A stretch of 41,332 nucleotides of DNA, from positions 1 to 41,332 of the forward strand of contig CAXUUL010000061.1 in NCBI GenBank assembly GCA_964255285.1. Reading direction: 5' to 3'. Under the pieces are notes generated by a model, which saw nothing but the letters and a program-made list of their open reading frames with translations, had not been told where the DNA came from and did not search any database. The DNA comes from Ionaspis alba. Lineage: Eukaryota. A program made the position numbers and the translations under genes. This document shows positions 34,840 through 41,332 of this stretch, piece by piece (position 1 is the first letter of the stretch; each line of letters opens with the position of its first letter).

Positions 34840-36815
34840 TCAGGTAGGGTACGGCCACGGATCGGCATTAACATCTCCCAAAGGAATTCCAACCTGTCCC
34901 GCTGCAGCTCCATAGCTGCTACTCCCCCACGGCGAATTCAAGTTCCTGCTGACCGTTCTTAATGCGGAGTACCCACTGCCAGCATCCACAACGCCCTCCG
35001 CCCAGAAAACATGGATTACGTCCGCCGAAGACCCATCCCCGGTGCTTTGTGAGATGACAGCGCCGAGGGGTTGGTAGAGAGAGATTTGGCTCGTGTTGGT
35101 CACGAGTGCGGGCTGGCAGACGATGGAGAGTTTCGCGGGGTCAGGTGCGAAGGTGCTCGCTGTCGTGGATTGCGAGTAGTAGGTTGAGGTTGAAGGAAGA
35201 ACGAGCTCGCGAATGGATAGGACACCTGTAGAAGCGTAGTAGTAGAGGAAGGTTTGGTTGGTGGTAGAGACAACGGCCAGGTCTGCGGAGTTGTGGGCGA
35301 GGAGGTTGGGGACGCTGAGGCCTAATGATCAACAAGATTAGACGTTGATGCTCCAATCTTAGGTTTTAGGGGTAGTGGTCTAGTGGGCAATACCTTTGTT
35401 GTACTGAGCGTCTGGTTGGGTGATGTTTATATAAGACTCCTGCAGGGTAAGGTTTCCCGCTGAGTAGAACAGTCGCAACGACATTGTCGACTCGTCTATG
35501 GTGGCAGCCAAGTGAGAATTCGGCCACGGGTCGTGTAGTTGAGCGCCTTGCGACCACGAGTCTGTGTTTTGATTCCAGATCATCTCTTGGACCCACGTGG
35601 CACCACTGTCAGATTGAGCATGATAGAAGAAACGGGTGCCAGGTCCGTTGTGGAATTTAGTGGAGTAGACCGCAGCCATCCGGTAGCTGTCCCAGCGATT
35701 TTCCGGGTCTTGCTGTCTACTTGTAAACGGTAGTGAAAGATTACCAACAGCCCTTTGTCCTAGGACTTGAATCGTGCCTGGTTCCCAGAATTGGACGTCG
35801 GGGTAATCTCTTTTCTCCTGTAGTAGCAAGTTCGAGTCTACGTAGAAAATAGTGGACTATTCAATTTTTAGCATATTGTCACCCAAAATGAGGGTGAAAA
35901 ATCCATACCTGACGTTTATTGGCTGTGAAATTCATATAGTTGACCACTGCGAGACCAGTGTTGTTGACTGCGTCAGTAAAAATGGGACTATAATAGCATT
36001 AGATTGATGCTACTGAAGGCAAAATTCTCCCACCTACTGTGCCGCCTGCCAGGGAGCCAAAACTCCGTTGTACACCGATTCCTTGACGTTTCCATGGGCA
36101 GATTGAAAATACAAACGAAGTGCTGGCCCATTGGTCGCAGACTGTCCCCCAGTTGAGTTGTTACTGACATCCGACGCAAATGACACTATTGATAAAGGCG
36201 AGTCGACCATGACGTCCGATTCACTGTTATTATCATCATCAGCACTGGCTCCTACGAAAGCAAAGGGAAATAGGTCATCTTGACGTACGGTAGGAACGGA
36301 TTGCTGGCGCCGGGCGAGATCGTCGGCCCCGTGGTGGAGGTAGATGATGAGTTGGGACTCGTAGTAGTGGTTGCTGCGGAAGAAGCGCTCATACGGCCCC
36401 CAACAACTCCTCCAACAATGGCTGCAACGATTATAATAACAAGAACAATCACGAAAATCAGCCAGAACCATCTCCTCCGCAGACCACATATCCGTTGTCC
36501 TCTTGGACGTGGTGCTGGAGTAGTAGGCTCGTGAAACTCTGGTTGTGACAATATTGGTGCTCCTGGCGTACTTGTTGACGGGCTTGATGTATGTGAGCTC
36601 CGAATGGCTACTACCGCCTCTCTCGTTTGCCTGGCGTCTCTTTCCGACAAAATGGCCTTCTCATCTTGCCACTCAGGTGTCTGCTGTTGTTCGAGGCTCT
36701 GTGGGCTCTGGGCATTCTGAGTGGCAGCAAGGTCCTTCTCGGTCTCATCTCTGGCTCGAGTGTCGAGCTGAAGTCCTTCATAGTCACTTCGCTCCACGAG
36801 CGCCTGAGGTTGCAT
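34840..36815 (-). CDS. Single-pass membrane protein with fungal fucose-specific-lectin-like beta-propeller ectodomain
   Basis: Exons 36815-36289, 36223-36038, 35987-35909, 35856-35394, 35321-34840 join in frame. ICGLRRRWFWLIFVIVLVIIIVAAIVGGVVGG TM segment, S/T stalk, repeats like LRLYFQ...VKE..Y...W, RFFYH...VQEMIW....W..G, LRLFYS...LQE. Lectin assignment rests on pattern resemblance. Confidence 0.78.
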
Positions 36816-37816
36816 AGTCAGTTACAGAGCTTAATTGAAGCCCGCGAAATTAGATTGATACCTTTTCTGTCGCCGGATCGGCCATTAGAGCGAGCTTGCG
36901 TCTGATCTCGTACTCGGTCTAAACAATGCGCAAAGAGTTTGGCAAAATGAAGTGCACAACATGTAATAAATCCACCAGAGGAAAATGAGAAAACTCTCCG
37001 AACAGCTTCCTCGTGGCAATATCGGAAAGCTCGGAGGGAAGGTAGAATGCGATGGGGAGGGATTTGTGCACGCAAAGGGAAAACAAGGGAGTGCGAAAGA
37101 CAGCAGCTGCTTGGACCTTTCAGCCTCTAGGACACAAAAAGCATTTCTCGACTAAGCATCCAAGCAAGAAGCCACGGATCTTCAAGTCATGGATGGACAG
37201 CTAGCATATAGACTGAACACACCACGAGGAAGCAAAGAGTAGTGATGTGCCGTCTCCCCGCGTTTCACCACTCCGCATCTTGACTTCGAGAACCACACCT
37301 TCTGGCACAGTACTGGTTTGGAGCCAACGGTGATTGGGAGAGGCGGAAAGCACTAGAGGATTGGGGAAGGGCATGATGCTGCTGGGGTGCTGGCAGCGGT
37401 AGGTACAGGTACATGACCGGCACGGTTCCAGGAAGCCAGACGGTCTCACATACCAAAGATGCTCATACATAGCCACAATGACCGCAGGAAGGTCGACAAG
37501 GAGTACAGTAGGGCACCAAGGACCCGGCCACACCACAATCGGCATCACTGTGCAGCGGGTACCGATCGGTCGACTCCCTGCTTCCTAGCTTCGTTCCCGC
37601 CTCTTAGAGCAAGATAACAGCCATGTGCACAACGCTCGAGACGAAGCAAGGGTGCAATGAACAACGGGAGGGCTCGCGAATAGGAATGCACGGCAGGAAC
37701 GCCCACTCCGTAATCGACGGCAAGTGGCGCGATAGAGGTTTGCGCGATACGAGTAGTGAGTGTAGGTGGAGCTCGGAGTGCATGATGCTAGAGTCAGAGG
37801 ATGAGAACACATAGGG

Positions 37817-37859
37817 TGGAGAGATAGAAAGAGAGAGAGAGCGAGAGTAGAGCGAGGGG
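37817..37859. repeat. GA-rich microsatellite-like tract (CT-rich on minus strand)
   Basis: gagatagaaagagagagagagcgagagtagagcgag; typical of fungal core promoters or leaders on the CT strand. Confidence 0.6.
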
Positions 37860-38570
37860 CACATGCGCCGGAGGAGGCTCCTCCGCATTGATGCTATTAG
37901 CAACGAACGTTGCGGAACATTCTAGGGCTGAGACGGGTAACGCCTAACGACCACTATTGCACGGTAGAAGTACTTCGCTTTGTTGAGGAGGAGCATCCAG
38001 AGGAGGTGAAGGCAATAATCAGGTTGCTGCAGAGTGCAGGTCGGAGAAAATGCGGGCTACTTTTAGTTCCCTCTCATCACTGCCCCAACGACTGGCTGGG
38101 TTTCGTCAGTCCTTTGTAGTACCGTGGTTGCCAAACCTCCAGCGAAAGCACCTAAAACCCAAGGTTCCAGGGGAGGTCGCCCCGACTCCTCTCCACCATG
38201 CTGTACCAAGCCAGACTAAGCCTCCCTCTGTCTCTCTCTGCAGCGGCGGCTGATGGGTGCAAGCAAATGACAAGCCGCCGCTTCTACGATAGCCAATGAC
38301 AAAAACTCCTCACCATAGCACCCACATCAAACCTCCCTCGTGCTCCCACCATCGCTTATATGCGACAACATCACCTTGATTCGCTGCAAAACAGGGAAAC
38401 AAGGAACCAGGAAGCCTTTCGTATTCGACCGCAGTAGTCTACATATTGCAGTGCATGAGATGGAGCAGACATAGAATGATTCCAAGGCACTTCGGCTCCT
38501 TCCTTCCGTTGATCGATTGAAAAGTGCAAAGGAAATCCCCGGTTGAGTGAGAAGACGATGAATTGGCGAC

Positions 38571-38625
38571 AAAGAAGACGCAGAAAAAGAAGAAGGAGAA
38601 GGAGAAGGAAGAAGAGAAGAGAGGG
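38571..38625. repeat. Polypurine tract (GAA/AGAAGG-like units)
   Basis: aaagaagacgcagaaaaagaagaaggagaaggagaaggaagaagagaagagaggg read directly. Confidence 0.65.
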
Positions 38626-39223
38626 CATCTTTGACGAGTGGTTGATGTTCGTCTCATCAGTTTGGACGACCGATCACCATGACGATTCATGCCATTGAGA
38701 CTTGGTGACCTGTACAGATCGAAAATTGGGTGCTGTTTCACAGCATTGTCTCATCTCAAGCGTCCTGCAGGTCATCGAGGTCCATCATTGCTGGCCGGTC
38801 ATCACGTTGTGCCTCCGAGGTGCTTTAACGCAGTGAGCCGGGAATAGAAGGATCTATCATGTCCAGGATATTAGAAGGAAGAGACCGCTTTTTCCATTCT
38901 CTGCGCAGTTCGTCGATAGACGCACAATGCGTTAGAAGCAAGATTCCCTTTCGTCCGAGCCCTAGAAGAGGCGTAGAACGTGGAGATGAAGACGCCATGG
39001 TGAGCTATGCCTTGTGTGTGAATGGTCAGCTCCCCTTGCTGCGCATCTGCCTGACACATAACGTGCCGTCCTTCAGCCCAACCAGTTTGGGGACTACGGG
39101 ACAATTGGAAATCTTGAGACAAGCCGGACTCCATTAGCGATCTACACGTTATTGCACACCCTCTTCTCAATGAGTAATGATCATCATCCATGTGTTGTTA
39201 TCTACGCCCGACATCGGCATATG

Positions 39224-41278
39224 CTAATCATTACCGGTACTACTATCAGGCTCGTCCCGAGGGAGTTTCATCCCCATCAGGCCCAGGAGGTTGCCACCGG
39301 GACCAGCCAGCCCAGCCTGATTCTTGAAACTCTCCAGCATGTTCTTGGCCAGATTGTAGTCTACGTTCGGTTCATCTCCTTCCCCAATACCATCCTCCGC
39401 GTTGTCCCCATTTAAGTCTTCTCCGTCTGTTGTTGCATTGGTCCCGTCGTCCTTAACATATGCCACCCGCCGTTGAGGCACACCCTCTGTCGGCACAACA
39501 TCCAACTGCAGTGCTCCCGCCTCTTTAAGTTCAGCTTCCATCAACGCTGTCAGGGCACGGATTTCCTCGTCCTCGTCGTTATCGGCGTCCTCCACACCCT
39601 CCGCCACCTGCGCTCCTACACTAGCATTACTTGGATTTGCATTTTTGTGACTTGAAGCTTTCCTCTGCGCCTCCGACACACCCATGAGTTCTCGCATCGT
39701 CTCTGCTGGCATTCCCATCATTTCTCTCATCATGGCAGTAAACTCGTCTTCGGTGAAGCTACCTTCTTTGTCTTCTCCCGCACTCGAATCGTTATCTTCA
39801 CTATCACTCACCAGACTTTCTTCATCGTCGTCGTCTTCGTCCATATCATCGAACATCTCTGTACCTTCGAGTCCAGGCGCAGTATCATCCTGAAGGAAAT
39901 CCTCAAACCTGGAGACCATTTTTCGTAGATTTTCTTGGGCCGATTTGTCGCCGAATCCCGTGTCTGATTCTGTTGGACCTTTACCCTTCCCAGATAACTC
40001 GTTCTCAAAATCTTGAAAATTGATGTCGAGCCACGTCTCATCATCTTGTTGCAGCCCCCACGCTGAGATTTCTGAATCCAGGGGCAACTGATCTTCCCCC
40101 GTCCGGATATCTTCCAACAGTAGCCTTATTTCTCGGACAATTTTGTTGTCTTGCTTATGAGGATCTGATACAAGCATCTCGAAAGCACAGCTAACTTTCA
40201 TACCCATTTCGGCCTCAGAACTAAAGCTTCCTTCCCTTTCTCCCCGGATGGCCGTCGCCCAAAGCGCCGGTGGCGGGAAGTGCTGACTCTTGAATTGAGC
40301 ATACCCGACTTTAGTGAATTTCACTGATGTGGTAACAAAATCAACGGGCGGAAATACCAAGTACTCAGCATCCTGTGCTTGCAGCGGACGCAGTGCAATG
40401 GGATCCCGTAAATAGAAAGCTTCAACTGCCGAACTAATGTAAGCTGCGTTCTGATGCAGTACATATGCCAGACTTCTCGGAATAGCAACAACAGCTCGAT
40501 GAAGGCTCTCCTCGATTTGCTTTGGATAATTCCGAAGTCGGTGGAAAGCTTCTGCTTCGACCCCCGGGAGATGCAGCAACCGCGAACGGTCCCCTTGTAA
40601 GCAGGAACATGCTTGCTGCAGCGTCAAAGTACTAGTCCCGGAAGTTTGCTGCTTCCCTGATTTCACGGTCCCTCTGGAGATGGGGATTATCAGCAATTGG
40701 CCGTTGTTGAGCCAAACCTAAAAAGGATGTCAAAATCTAGAGGGTCATAGCGTAACTGAACACCGTACTGACCCTGTTGTCTGCGACTTCAGGATTGACC
40801 CACCGAGGAAGAGCGTTCGCTGCCTCTATGAGCAGGAATTCTCCATCTGTGTCCACAATTTTGATCCACGCTTTCGGAAACTGGCGGCTCAGCTCTCGAA
40901 GTAGATACACGATGAGCCATTCATCATCTACGGAGTCACCGTAGTTGGTTCTGCCTCGTAAAAAGCTGTTCCCTGTTCAAATTAACATATGAGGAGCGAG
41001 CTTTGGAATAAGGGTACATGACGCCGCAATACCTTACCCTCTTCACGCACAAGCTCAAGACGGAAATTGTCGCGTTGCCAGATGAAATCTTTCAATAGCT
41101 TCTTCGTCAAAGCGTTCGCTGCGGATATGATTTCACGAAGTCTTTCTCTGCGCTCGGATTCTTGGATCGCCGATTCCAGTACGTAGATGACATATTCAAC
41201 GCAGTCATCAGGGAGCCTCTTGGGGAATCCGTCGAATCCTTCTCCGAACCATTTGAGATTGTCCTTGGGTAGGTCCAT
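39224..41278 (-). CDS. Ecdysoneless/SGT1-family protein (Ecd)
   Basis: Exons 41278-41038, 40972-40773, 40717-39224. GFPKRLPDDCVEY, FIWQRD, GRTNYGDSVDDEW, NRVWLNNGQL, AVEAFYLRDP, GMKVSCAFEML, DDETWLDIN, DYNLAKNMLESFKNQAGLAGPGGNLL. Confidence 0.92.
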
Positions 41279-41332
41279 AATAATCTCGTTGTTTTCTGAG
41301 ATGGTGAAATTGTGTAGAGTCTTCTTGAGTAG

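Overview
Gene-dense, intron-containing DNA from a filamentous ascomycete (Pezizomycotina; short GT..AG introns with CTRAY branch sites). I assembled 14 protein-coding genes by hand: a Ca/calmodulin-dependent kinase, an AMMECR1-family protein, a 58-aa secreted prepropeptide, a 12-exon Argonaute with an intact DEDH slicer tetrad, Rna14/CstF-77, Asf1, pyruvate decarboxylase, Sro7/Lgl, a 129-aa orphan, Tan1 (THUMP), an APH-like pseudo-phosphotransferase, the MAPKKK Bck1, a membrane-anchored fucose-lectin-like protein and an Ecd/SGT1-family protein. No transposon, tRNA, rRNA or CRISPR array was recognised. The most interesting signals are non-coding or isoform-level: (i) an apparent internal TATA promoter and in-frame start inside the long first intron of the Argonaute gene, plus a uORF abutting the upstream start; (ii) strongly base-paired introns in TAN1, one carrying a motif resembling the tRNA-Ser/Leu D-arm that Tan1/Kre33 acetylate; (iii) structured introns, an alternative C-terminus and a structured 3' UTR in RNA14; (iv) a small Kex2-type secreted peptide. 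All gene models and RNA structures were derived by eye and need RNA-seq and comparative confirmation.
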